Part shown: positions 1-10,879 of the stretch, piece after piece
Position numbering within the stretch: the first letter of the stretch is position 1
Layout of the letters: each line of letters begins with the position of its first letter
NCBI RefSeq assembly: GCF_006345805.1
Contig: NC_043006.1
Location: 7,936,001 to 8,000,000 of the forward strand
Origin: Octopus sinensis
Taxonomy: Eukaryota
Direction of reading: 5' to 3'
Length of the DNA stretch: 64,000 nucleotides
Position numbers and translations under genes: made by a program
The notes under the pieces: generated by a model
Seen by the model: only the letters and a program-made list of their open reading frames with translations
Told to the model about the DNA's origin: nothing
The model's database searches: none

Positions 1-206
1 CAAACAATGAACCACTTAAGCCAATACATAAAATGAATTAATTTATATTATGTTAAATATATATCAAAAGTATTAAAAGTTCATCTTTTATTAAACTTTT
101 AATACTTTTGATATATATTTAAAATAATATAAATTAATTAATTTTATGTATTGGCTTAAGTTTTTCATTGTTTGATTTGCCTAATAGTGGTTTTATCTCT
201 AATTTA

Positions 207-212
<6 letters not shown>
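1..212. repeat. Fold-back element (family P3), left arm cut by the window edge, ends in (TA)n
   Basis: 1-81 is the imperfect reverse complement of 94-174 with a 12-nt loop. The outer part (gtttgatttgc.taatagtggtttt.tctctaatt) matches 43193-43230 and the reverse complement within 17199-17319. Confidence 0.8.
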
Positions 213-238
<26 letters not shown>

Positions 239-240
239 AA

Positions 241-441
241 GTTAATCCAAACAAGAAAACACAAAAAAAAACAACGTGAGGACGTGGAACAAATAAAGTA
301 TTATTGGACGCTCAGGAAAGAAGGGAAGAAGGAGGGTTTAACGTTTCGAGCGGAGCTCTTCGTCGGAAACATAGGAGAAGGAAAGATCCCGAGAAGGGAA
401 GACAGAGGAAAAAAATCGCCAGCGGTACTCACGACGTCACA
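241..441 (-). mobile_element. Short HHR-bearing element (family P1, Penelope pLTR-like), copy 1, in (TA)n
   Basis: Direct repeat of 793-1000, flanked by (TA)n, contains an HHR motif at 336-370. Confidence 0.7.
336..370 (-). ncRNA. Minimal type I hammerhead motif, U4C core variant
   Basis: Minus strand reads GTTT-CCGACGA-A-GAGC-tcc-GCTC-GAA-ACGT-T-AAAC: stem I GTTT/AAAC, stem II GAGC/GCTC, palindromic stem III ACGT. Confidence 0.6.
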
Positions 442-491
442 TATTGAAATATATATATATATACGCACACACACAATCACACACTCATATA

Positions 492-680
492 CGAAGGGAT
501 GCTGAAAAGTTCCTGGCTTTAGGTAAAAGATAATACAGGAGGACCAGTTAACTATGATTTTATTCAACAAATTCCGCTCTCATATTCACACATTTATTGC
601 AGCAGTGTTTTCAGTTCTGGTAAGATCTGTAAAGGAACTTGGACGGTTGAGTCTCGCGACACATGGTTTTCGGTACCATA
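492..680. mobile_element. Mariner-type MITE (family E), right end missing
   Basis: Starts TA|cgaagggatgctgaaaagttcctggcttt; homologous to 18385-18592 and 23015-23181. Confidence 0.65.
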
Positions 681-694
681 AATATATACTTTCT

Positions 695-737
695 TACATA
701 CATACATGCATATATACATACATACATACACACATAC

Positions 738-792
<55 letters not shown>
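695..792. repeat. (CATA)n/(TA)n microsatellite
   Basis: Direct reading. Confidence 0.95.
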
Positions 793-796
<4 letters not shown>

Positions 797-1000
797 ATCC
801 AAACAAGAAGGAACAAAAAAAAACACAACGACGCGAGGACGTGGAACAAATATAGTATTATTGGACGCTCAGGAAAGGAAAGAAAGAAGGAGGGTTTAAC
901 GTTTCGAGCGGAGCTCTTTGTCGGAAACATAAGAGAAGGAAAGATCCAGAGAAGTGAAGACAGAGGAAAAAAAATCGCCAACGGTACACACGAGGTCACA
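793..1000 (-). mobile_element. Family P1 copy 2, HHR motif at 894-928 with core CCGACAA
   Basis: Close paralogue of 241-441 in the same orientation, between (TA)n tracts. Confidence 0.7.
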
Positions 1001-1030
1001 TTATATATATATATATATATATATATATAC

Positions 1031-1186
1031 CGGAGTAAACACATAAATGTGAAACAAGGTGGAAAAAAAAGTACTCAAATACCAGTGGTAGAGTAATATG
1101 CTTTATTTAAAGCATCAGAAAATTCAACAAAATCTGTTACTCTGAGTTTCTCGTTGCCGTTCATCAGACAGTTTTTGCTAGCAAAA
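1031..1186 (-). mobile_element. Short HHR-bearing element (family P2, Penelope pLTR-like), copy 1
   Basis: Homologous to 16908-17044 and 31044-31183; all three abut a (TA)n or (CATA)n tract at the gagtaa(a/g)cacataa end. Confidence 0.7.
1134..1171 (-). ncRNA. Minimal type I hammerhead with canonical core
   Basis: Minus strand reads CTGT-CTGATGA-A-CG-gcaa-CG-A-GAA-ACTC-a-GAGT-A-ACAG: GUA cleavage triplet, stem I extends to about 10 bp with one mismatch, A10.1/A11.1 mismatch in stem II. Confidence 0.75.
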
Positions 1187-1187
1187 G

Positions 1188-1259
<72 letters not shown>

Positions 1260-1280
1260 TGTGTGTGTGTGTGTGTGTAT
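1188..1280. repeat. (TA)n(TG)n microsatellite
   Basis: Direct reading. Confidence 0.95.
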
Positions 1281-1282
1281 AT

Positions 1283-1900
1283 CACGTTACATAGCAATCT
1301 AGCGACCATCTCGCCTCCCATTCTAGCTCGACTATGAGATGCGTTGATCTCAAAATCATCAAGAATAGGGGCTAGATCGCGTGTGTTGGAAATCCTGGTT
1401 TTGCTGGCGGCCGTCACGTCCATGGCTAGTGACCTGAGGTCGGAAAGGCAGCGACCTTGCTTCTTGGGAGACCCCAGACCACGAACATTTACACAGCTCA
1501 CTCTAACCAGCGCCATGCCAGAGGGAAAAAATTGCAAGAGAGAGGTGCGAGGTTACTAACCCTGTCGGTGTTGTTGGCGGCTGGATAGCCTGGCCTCCAG
1601 ATCTGGTTGGAGTTTCTCTGAGAATCCATTTAAATATCTTTTGGAGGTTATTATATTGGGGATCTCAGCCAATGAAAGAGTCCCTTAAAGGCTGACAATA
1701 TGCGCTTCTCTGATCATGAGCTGAAGTAGTGGGGGACCATCATAGCCAGAAGTTGAGGAGAATTCTTTGGGGTTTGGATAATTCACCATTGGAAACAGGG
1801 GTGTTTTGTTCAACATCCTTAAACAACTCGTATTCAGGGACCTTTTGAGCGGGAGGGTTACTCGAACTGAAGCAAATTGTAACTGGGCCCCCACCTGCAA
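1283..1900 (-). mobile_element. Tx1/L1-like non-LTR retrotransposon fragment (decayed ORF1 end and ORF2 APE endonuclease start)
   Basis: ATG at 1516 gives MALVRVSCVNVRGLGSPKKQGRCLSDLRSLAMDVTAASKTRI, matching the APE N-terminal xNVRGL...L.ET pattern. It is cut off by the (TG)n tract. Confidence 0.65.
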
Positions 1901-2906
1901 GGTAATGCACTGTTTATCTTGATATGAGATCATCATGTTGCGCACATATGGTTGTGATGCATGTGCCTAGTGTACCCTTATCAGACGAGTAGTCATGATG
2001 GGTATACTGGGCTTCGTATATTTTACCCGAGTGTTACTTTGATGGTATAGCAGTTTTATGTTACCATTACATTTCTCTTAGGTTATATTATATCGTATAT
2101 TCTCTAATTAGTTTTGTTTACGTTATGCAATGCTATTTATTGTGTTTCCTATTTGGAAATAGATTATTTTATTTGGATTTTTAAGTAAGGGTGTATATAA
2201 TGATTAAAACGTCACTTATAACTTAAGTGTTAACATTATTCGTAAATACGAACTACAGTTTATAGCGACATAGAGAAATATACTTTATGGAACGCTAACG
2301 AATATTAGCGTCATGTATGTATAATATTATCTTCGTGTTCATTTAACCGCTATAAGAAAATAGCATTTAATAATTACAGAAATGCATATTTATACACAGT
2401 TGAAGAACGTGAAGAGAAAACATTTCCTTAATTAGTTTTATTATATAAAGATAACATTTTATATTATGTACATGTGAAAGAAAAAATAATTTTCGTCGTG
2501 TAGATGTACGACTGTATATTCCATTAGCTAATTCATAAATCTAGCTATTAAATAAATCACAACAATTCGAAATATACTTGTTGGATTTTCCTTGGACATG
2601 GTATGAAAGTCTCAAAGGAGTGAGTGTCGTGGAGTTTAGTAACATCCAACAAACACTAAAGTTTTTCCAAAAATCCAGGGTTTTATAACTGCTCAACTTG
2701 ACTTAAAAGAATCGAAATCAAATACATATATTCTTTAAATAACTATTATAATCTCTATATAAGCAGTTATATTAACCAATGGAAAAACGATAATAATATT
2801 TCTTCGGCAATACGACATGACGTCATATTGCCACCTACCGCAAATTGGCTCGTTATTTTAAAATGGCTACTTGCTACAATGACATGCGCTGCCCTCTCTC
2901 TCATTC

Positions 2907-2974
2907 AAGAAGAAGAAGAAGAAGAAGAAGAAGAAGAAGAAGAAGAAGAAGAAGAAGAAGAAGAAGAAGAAGAA
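2907..2974. repeat. (GAA)n microsatellite
   Basis: Direct reading; it supplies the poly-E run in ORF 2828-3163. Confidence 0.95.
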
Positions 2975-3879
2975 ACAAAAGCTATAAAACAAATGAAATC
3001 CAAACTAAAACTAGAACAGCAACGGACCATGATAAAACGTTGGCAAGAAAAGCCCCTTCATGGCAAATACTGGACTAAATTAAATGCAAAAGAAATAGAC
3101 AAAGAAAAATCCCAGCAATGGTTGAGAAGCTCAGGACTCAAAGCAGAGACAGAGGGATTTTAATTGCAGCACAAGACCAACGCCTCCCCCACCAGAAATT
3201 ACCAAAAACATGTAATGACAAGAAATATAACTAGTAACTGCAGAATATGTGGAGATGGACAAGAAACAATAAATCATATAATCTCTGGCTGCCCAGTCCT
3301 GGCTAAGAGGGAATATATTCACAGACATGACAGAGTTGGAACCTACATACACTGGAAGCTATGCCAACGTTATGGAATAACAACAGAAAAAAGATGGTAT
3401 AGGTACACACCAGAAAAGGTCACAGAAAACGAGAAAGCAACCATACTCTGGGATATGCTGATACACACAGATATAGTTGTCAGAGATCATGAAGAAAAAT
3501 ATGCATTCTAATTGATGTATCAATACCAGTAGAATACAACGTGTCTCTAAAAGAAATGGAGGAACTTTCAAAATATAAAAATCTGGAAATAGAGGTAACC
3601 AGAATGTGGAATCTAAAAACAGAAACAATTCCTATCATAGTAGGTGCCTTAGGCATAATAAAAAAATATTCAGACAAATACATAACAAAAACACCAGGAC
3701 TTACAAACACATATAACATACAGAAAATTGCAATTCTAGGCACTGCACACATCCTACGCAGAACACTTTCCATACAATAACCATCAGAGCATCACAACAA
3801 ATCACAGCACATACCCAAGGCACACAGACCTGCGCTCGGTAGTGAAGTAAAAGCACGCTATAAAAATAAAACTACTGAA
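2975..3879 (+). mobile_element. R4/Dong-type RLE non-LTR retrotransposon, 5'-truncated, frameshifted
   Basis: KPLHGKY, CCHC knuckle CRICG-ETINHIISGC, RHD, IDVSIP and SKYKNLEIEV across ORFs 2828-3163, 3164-3511 and 3541-3780. Stop at 3778-3780, short 3' UTR, then (TAA)n. Confidence 0.85.
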
Positions 3880-3899
3880 TGATGATGATAATAATAATA

Positions 3900-3993
<94 letters not shown>
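3880..3993. repeat. (GAT)/(AAT)n microsatellite
   Basis: Direct reading. Confidence 0.95.
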
Positions 3994-3994
<1 letters not shown>

Positions 3995-6147
3995 TACCGA
4001 TGTTTTAGTGTTTTATGTAAATATTACAATATAAAAACTGTGAATCGAATACCTTATATTAGCTTATTTAGTTATGTTTACATTCCTAACTGATTCGCTG
4101 CAGTCACATTGCCATCAAAATTATACATTTAACATGTCAATCTTATTAGATTAAAGTGTTTTACTTCGACAGCTTCTGGTGACACTAAACGGGCAAAGAA
4201 CTTAGCGCTTTTTATCATGTAATTTTAGCACGCTCCATGCATACGGAATACCGATTCAACAAAACGATACTCCAGTCCAAGTAATATAATTTCCTTATTG
4301 ATAACCAAATGTATTTCTAACTTAAGCTTATGTATTCTTTCCATATCCAGTAAGCTGTGAAGTAGCAAAAGATATGTTTAGGACAGGAAACCATTTACTA
4401 ATGAGAAAAGCTAACATCTCCCTAATATGATAATAGAAATTCTACTTGTTTTGCCAAAGACATTCTTTAGTGCCAATGACGATAAATGAACTGTTGCTTC
4501 TTCTGTTGCTAGATACGACACCCTAACGACTTCACAAGTTGTGACACTTCTTAATCAATAAAAGTGAATTGTATCTTCAGACTATGCTATGTGTCTTTAA
4601 TTTGTTAAGAGAGAGAAGCTATGTTCTGTAACGTACAATTTTACCAAAACATTAGTGGAAATCCGAATGCTGATTTACGTCAGCTCAGAATATTCTGTTG
4701 TAATGTGTGTAAAAGAACAACATAGCGATATCCAGGTTCCTCTAGCATGAACAAACGTTATTCTTAATTCTGCAGAAGAATGGTTTCAGCAGATGTTGTT
4801 ACTTTACGATTTACAAATGACATCTTTGTAAAAACTCAATAGTGTTGAATACAGAACTAGGGAGCATCAACGTGAAACCTGAAGATTTTAAGAACAGGAG
4901 CAATTGGATAAAATTTCAGGGAAAATTATATCTCGGTGAGTTACTGAGAACTGTACCAGAACTTTGGGCTAAGGGTATATAATTAGGGGCTTCAACGTTC
5001 CGACTATAATTCTCATCAAACTTCATTTTGTATTTCTTTCTTTCGGGCAGATATTATTACCCATGACGAGAGCTCTAACACAGACAGTAATCTGCAACTT
5101 CGATTCCCAGAGAAAATAAATGCCTTTCATTTTAGTCCTCTGACAGAGACATCAATTTTAATTAAAAACAGGATTCCGGCTTTCTCTGGAAGTGTGATTT
5201 ATCTAAGACATACATAAGCATCTTCATAACTATTCTGGACTAACATGTCGTGTAAAAATTATTTTAGATACAGAGGTTATATTTCCACGATTCAGGGTTC
5301 AACATTGCAGGCTAGACAAACATGCTTGGACTCTACAGAGTACGCATTGATAAATTTGATCACACGCAGTAACTATTTACAGATAAAATGTGCTATATAT
5401 CTTTATTATGTTCATAGAATACATTATTCTGAGACTCCAGTTGCATGATAACACGTAATGTAGAGAGCATTAGAAGCTTGTCTATAAATCCTTAGTGTAA
5501 ATAATACTAGTCAGTGGCTAACTCTGGATATGTTTTGGTCTTCAAATAAGATTAGTCTATGACTAATTTCAACGCATAATACATTCGAGTTGTGATGCTG
5601 CCTGCATTAAATATATGTACAACAAACAATTTTTTTATTAATTTATTATTATTTTTTTTCTTTTGCCGATTGCGTCTCTGATTTATTCATTCTCTGGAGG
5701 ATCCTATTTTTCTATATCAGGAAATATATATATATGTATTATTAGTGATTTCATCCATACTACAGCAATCGCGATGCAGTCTGTGTTTCGCTGTTGAAGT
5801 CATAATAAAACAGAAGCAAGCTAAAATTTGTTTCGTAATTGTCGAAATAAATAAAATCTCATTAATGTTCCTCACTTTTCTTTAATGTCCCTGCATTAAA
5901 TATATTAACACAAGCATAACTATCTTAATTGTGGATATAATTCAGGGCTGGCTTTCAAATTAAAAAAAAACAAACTTTTACCTGTGATCCAACACTTGTA
6001 ATAAAACACAATTAAATTCCTCAGTTCAAATCGAAATATTTCAGCAACAGTAAATTCCAGGCAAATAATTATTCTACTGAATTGCGAATTACTTCCCTCT
6101 CTTAAATTTTCATACCAAGTTATAAATTTCCGATATTAAATACATGT

Positions 6148-6310
6148 AAGGTAGCGAGGTGGCAGAATTCCAGGCGACATTTCGTCCGTCTTTACGTTCC
6201 GTGTTCAAATTTCGCCGAAGTAGACCTTGTGTTTCGGCTCCATTGAAACAGGTACATTTGAGTATCAGGTTTGATTTAATCGATGAGACCACTCTCCAAA
6301 AGTTTCGCGA
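6148..6310 (+). mobile_element. tRNA-type SINE family B, decayed
   Basis: aaggtagcgaggtggcagaat head and gttcaaatttcgccgaag B-box-like region. Confidence 0.6.
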
Positions 6311-6930
6311 CCTATATTTGAAAAGGTTGTTATTACTTTTTTCCACGGCATATTTCCTGTTGTTACCTGATTTTATTCCTGCTTTGTCTAAGTTGAGCAT
6401 CTTTTTTTTTCTTCTATTTTGTTACCGTATTAGTTGTAGGATGGTATGTGTTTTGCGATTCCGTAGCATTCAGGTGTTTGTCATTATCTTTTTCCCCTGG
6501 AGTTTTATACTTTGAGAGTATATCATTTATTTATTTTTTTATTCTGAATTTATTTCTCTGATGATGGTTAACATTTTTATCTTGCCTTCATATTGTACTA
6601 TTACCGTATGGTGCGCATATCTTCCTTTGTTAGAAATATTGTTCTTCTCTTCTGAGAGTCTGTTATTGGATGGCAAATTTATAGGTTTCTGTTTGTCGCA
6701 TTTCATTTGGGAATCTTGCTTTATAATAATAAACATTTTAGTTTACGGTAATGCATTGTTGACTTCATTTTCTGAAAAATATTCATAATGCTCTTTCAAT
6801 GTCCCGTTATCCTTCTGACTCAGTATTCCACTCTGATTCATTAGTTTTTTGCCTTATAGAGTTGGGAGCGTTCCATTTTCTCTATTTTTCCACATTATTT
6901 ATAGTGTTATGATATATTATTTCATATTTC

Positions 6931-7150
6931 AAGGCAGCGAGCTGTAATATCGTTAGGGAATTGGACAAAATACTTAGCGGCATTTATTCCGTTTTTACTT
7001 TCTGAGTTCATATCCCACTGAGGTCGGTTTTGCCTTTCATCCTTTCGGGGTCGATCAAATTAGTACCAGTTGATCAATGAGGCCGACGCAATCGACGCAA
7101 CCGCTCCCCCAAAATTGTTGGCTTTGTGCTAAATTTTGAAACTAGTATTA
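6931..7150 (+). mobile_element. SINE family B (B1 tail)
   Basis: Head, core gcctttcatcctttcggggtcgat..agtaccag, tail aaaattgttggctttgtgctaaattttgaaac. Confidence 0.8.
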
Positions 7151-7190
7151 GCTACACGTAAGGTGGCGAGCTGGACAAAATGTTTAACGT

Positions 7191-7423
7191 AAGATGGCGA
7201 GGTGGCAGACTCGCTAGTACGCCGGGCGAAATGCTTAGCCGTATTTCACCTGCCGCTACATTCTGAGTTCAAATTCCGCCGAGGTCGACTTTGCCTTTCA
7301 TCCTTTCGGGGTCGATTAAATAAGTATCTGTTACGCACTGGGGTCGATATAATCGACTTAAACCGTTTGTCTGTCCTTGTTTGTCCTCTCTGTGTTCAAC
7401 CCCTTGTAGGTAGTAAAGAAATA
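7191..7423 (+). mobile_element. SINE family B (B2 tail), preceded by a 31-bp head fragment at 7160-7190
   Basis: Full head and core; B2 tail ccgtttgtctgtccttgtttgtcc...gtagtaaagaaata. Confidence 0.85.
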
Positions 7424-7607
7424 TGTATTACGTCTGCCGCTACGTTCTGAGTTCAAATTCCGCCGAGGTTGACTTTGCCTCTCATTCTTTCGAGGTCGAT
7501 AAATTAAGTACCCGTTACACACTGGGGTCGATATAGTCGACTTAATCCGTTTATCTGTCCTTGTTTGTCCTCTCTGTGTTTAACCCCTTGTGGGTAGTAA
7601 AGAAATA
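7424..7607 (+). mobile_element. SINE family B2 body fused to the preceding copy
   Basis: Starts at the internal (g)gtatttc-gtctgccgc position of the head and ends gtagtaaagaaata. Confidence 0.85.
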
Positions 7608-7775
7608 GGTATTTCTTCTAGCTTAATGTTTCGAATTCGAATTCTCCCGATGTCGAATTTGGCTTTCATTATTTCGAGGTCGGTAAGATAATTACCAGTT
7701 AAGTAGTAGAGTCGATGTAATCGACTTAATCTTTCCCTCCAAACTGCTGGCCCTGTGTCGAAATTTAGAAATAAT
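7608..7775 (+). mobile_element. Older SINE family B1 body, head-less
   Basis: Starts ggtatttc; decayed core; B1 tail aaactgctggccctgtgtcgaaatttagaaataat. Confidence 0.7.
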
Positions 7776-7845
7776 GTTAACTACATGTACTGTCTAATTT
7801 CACTCAACCTCCTGAATATTGTAGAGACTTCTGTTCTTATTATCT

Positions 7846-8066
7846 AAGGTGGAAAGATGGAAGAATCGTTAGGGTGTCGTAGAAAAATGCCATATAGTAA
7901 TTCCACTGGCTTTTTACGTGCTAAACTCAATTCCTGCTAATTTCAATTTTGTCTTTGATTCCTCCAGAGTCGGTAAAGTAAAATACCAGGGAAGTCCTGA
8001 AATCGATGTAATCGACTAACACCATCCCTCTCAAAATTGCTGGCCTTGTGCCTATAAGAAACAATT
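7846..8066 (+). mobile_element. SINE family B1, decayed
   Basis: aaggtggaaagatggaagaatcgttag head; atcgatgtaatcgact; aaaattgctggccttgtgcc tail. Confidence 0.7.
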
Positions 8067-8290
8067 AAGTCAGTGAGCTGGCAGAACCGTTAGAGCGTCT
8101 GAAAAATTATTTGCGGTATTTCTCTCAAATCTTTATCTTCTTGGATCAAATCCTGCCGTGATCTTATTTGCCTTTCATTTTTACGGGTTCGATAAAATAA
8201 ATACCAGTTAAGAACTGGGGTTGATGTAATCGATTCATATCCCAGCCCTAAAACGACTGGTATTGTACCAAAATCTAAAACCATTATCAT
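8067..8290 (+). mobile_element. SINE family B1, decayed
   Basis: gtgagctggcagaaccgttag head; gcctttcatttttacgggttcgataaaataaataccag core. Confidence 0.7.
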
Positions 8291-8413
8291 CGTCACTGTA
8301 TGACATGTCAATGGGAATTTCTAATATCGTATGCTAACGTTGATAGTTAAATAGTGTTAAATCTAATCACGCTTTTATTTATGTCTCAATATATTTTCGG
8401 TAAGTGTGCATAT

Positions 8414-8470
<57 letters not shown>

Positions 8471-8523
8471 GTAGTGGAAGATAGATATGTATGTAATGAT
8501 GTCTGTTTGTATGTATGTATGTA

Positions 8524-8909
8524 GTGGAGGCGCAATAGCCCAGGGGTTAGGGCAGCGGACTCACGGTCATAGAATCACGGTTTCGATTCCCAGACCGGGC
8601 GTTGTGGGTGTTTATTGAGCGAAAACACCCAAAAGCTCCACGAGGCTCCGGCAGGGGATGGTGGTGATCCCTGCTGTACTCTTTCACCACAACTTTCTCT
8701 CACTCTTACTTCCTGTTTCTGTTGTACCTGTATTTCAAAGGGCCGGCCTTGTCACTCTCTGTGTCACGCTGAATATCCCCGAGAACTACGTTAAGGGTAC
8801 ACGTGTCTGTGGAGTGCTCAGCCACTTACACGTTAATCTCACGAGCAGGCTGTTCCGTTGATTCGGATCAACCGGAACCCTCCTCGTCGTAACCTACGGA
8901 GTGCTTCCA
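8524..8909 (+). mobile_element. tRNA-type SINE, head A with tail T2, in (TATG)n
   Basis: tRNA-like head gtggaggcgcaatagccc..ggttagggcagcggactc..ggtttcgattccc; near-identical to the reverse complement of 41493-41879. Confidence 0.9.
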
Positions 8910-8934
8910 TGTATGTATGTCTTGTTTCTATCCT

Positions 8935-9075
8935 TGTTTCTTTCTGTGCCCCTTTCTTTAGAAGAGCGTAGGCTTGAAACCTAAAAGACTTTTTCTATTC
9001 CTGAGCGTTATGCTAATACATGTTTGTTCTGTACACCACCTCTCTTCGTCTTTTGTTTTTTCGTAAAATCTCCCT
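8935..9075 (+). mobile_element. P1-related short element with a decayed HHR motif (8952-8987)
   Basis: CTTT-CTTTAGA-A-GAGC-gtag-GCTT-GAA-ACCT-A-AAAG, followed by ttcctgagcgt..aatac..tttgttc as in the P1 sense strand. Confidence 0.5.
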
Positions 9076-9333
9076 ATGTATGTATGTATGTATGGATGGA
9101 TGGATGGATGAATGAATGGATGGAGGAATGGATGGATGAATGTTTGTATGTATGTATGTATGTATGTATGTATGTATGTATGTATGTATGTGCATGTGCG
9201 CGGTGTGGGATGTCTTGCCTTCTACTTAGATATACGTATACAGTACATGATTATATGCATGTATATTTGTTTCTGTATATGTATTCATGTATATGTATTG
9301 CTCTGATTAAACATGTGTATGTGTGTGTATGTG

Positions 9334-9368
<35 letters not shown>

Positions 9369-9370
9369 AT
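9076..9370. repeat. (TATG)n/(TGGA)n/(TG)n compound microsatellite
   Basis: Direct reading. Confidence 0.9.
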
Positions 9371-9879
9371 GGACATGTGTGCGGTGGCATATATATTCAA
9401 CAACAGTTTGAATTCGATATATTATTACAAATACTTGAAACCGAAAAAGAATGATAACGTGGAGCTTACATCAAAGAGACATAAAAACAACATGTCTACA
9501 GCAAATGTCAAATACCAATAAAAGACATGTTTTCAGGTTTTTCTGTTGGCTGTTTTTACTCTTTTTTTTTTGTTTTTGTTATTTTTTTCTTTTCTTTTCG
9601 CTTTTTCAGAAGAGAATTCTTCTCTCGAAAACATAAGAATTTATCAATCCTCACAGAACACGAGTTTAATTTTCGAAGAAATTTTTTTTCATTTACAATT
9701 CGTCATTGTTTACCATATTTCAACATATATCAGTAATTATCTTTCTATTTATTAGCATTGTATTAAATGTTGTTATTGATGGTTTTTTTTTATGTTGTTT
9801 CTGTTTTATTATAGTCCACTCCCTGGCCACCACCCCTCATCGAACAAAAGAATGATCAAAATCATTTTCCACCTACGAC

Positions 9880-10022
9880 TATTCTCTCTCTCCCTCCCTT
9901 TCCCTCCCTCCCTCTCTCTCCCTCCCTCTCCCTCCATCTCCCTCCCTCTCTCTTGTTCTCTCTCTCCCTCTTTCTCTCTTTCTCTCTCTCTCTCTATCTC
10001 TCTTTCTCTCTCTCTATTTCTC
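9880..10022. repeat. (CT)n-rich polypyrimidine tract
   Basis: Direct reading. Confidence 0.9.
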
Positions 10023-10514
10023 TCAAACATAAAGTACCCTAGTTTACATTATCAAATGCATCTTTCTTAATTTGTTTAAATCGTTCTGCACGCCATTACG
10101 ATTACCTTATTACTTTATTGAAGGATCTTAGTGCGAAAGGTTACACGTTTCGTACAGACATAATTGTTCGTAATCCCCATTTCACTCCCTTGGGACACAG
10201 CTTGGTTTGAAAACAACAATAACATTGATAGATGAGATTGTATAACAGTAATTTGCATAATCCTGAGCAGTAAACTAAGGGGATACTATTTCATTGAATC
10301 GGTGATATAAATTGAAATATTTCACGTTGGTGGTGGTCATGGATAAAAAAGATTACGAACAATTATATGGTATAGTTGTTTGGATATTTACAAAAGTGAA
10401 TTAACAGAAATAATTCCTGAAATCCAAGAGCATAAATTTAGGAAATTTTGGAGGTAAATATTTTCTCCTTTGTGCATTTTTTTTATGAACGTATTCCTCT
10501 AAGTGTATATATTC

Positions 10515-10879
10515 TTTCACTCTTTTACTCTTTTACTTGTTTCAATCATTTGACTGTGGTCATGCTGGAGCACCGCCTTTAGTCCAGCAAATTGACCCCA
10601 GGACTTATTCTCTGTAAGCCTAGTACTTATTCTATCGATTTATTCTATCGGTCTCTTTTTGCCGAACTTTTTGCTAAGTTACGGGGACGTAAACACACCA
10701 TATATACATATATACGACAGGCTTCTTTCCGTTTCCGTCTACCAAATTCACTCATAAGGCTTTATTCGGCCGGAGGCTAAAGTAGAAGATACTCGCCCAA
10801 GGTGCCGCGCAGTGGGACTGAACCCGGAACCATATGGTTGGTAAGCAAGCTGCTTACCAGACATCCCCTCCTACACCTA
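10515..10879 (-). mobile_element. tRNA-type SINE family C with an internal deletion
   Basis: Reverse complement of the 43876-44283 and 44866-45300 family; tail (agtaaaag)n. Confidence 0.85.

Noticed and set aside
9024-9521. Long ORFs rich in YVCM, IHTY, YLSI or poly-I/N/L (also 16503-16960, 21884-22402, 28156-28573, 47883-48716, 54765-55207)
   Set aside because: They are translations of stop-free microsatellites, not genes.
9601-9640. cagaaga-gaattcttctctc-gaaaacataag, HHR-like
   Set aside because: The core is altered, stem II register is ambiguous and stem I is not convincing; at best a very old remnant.
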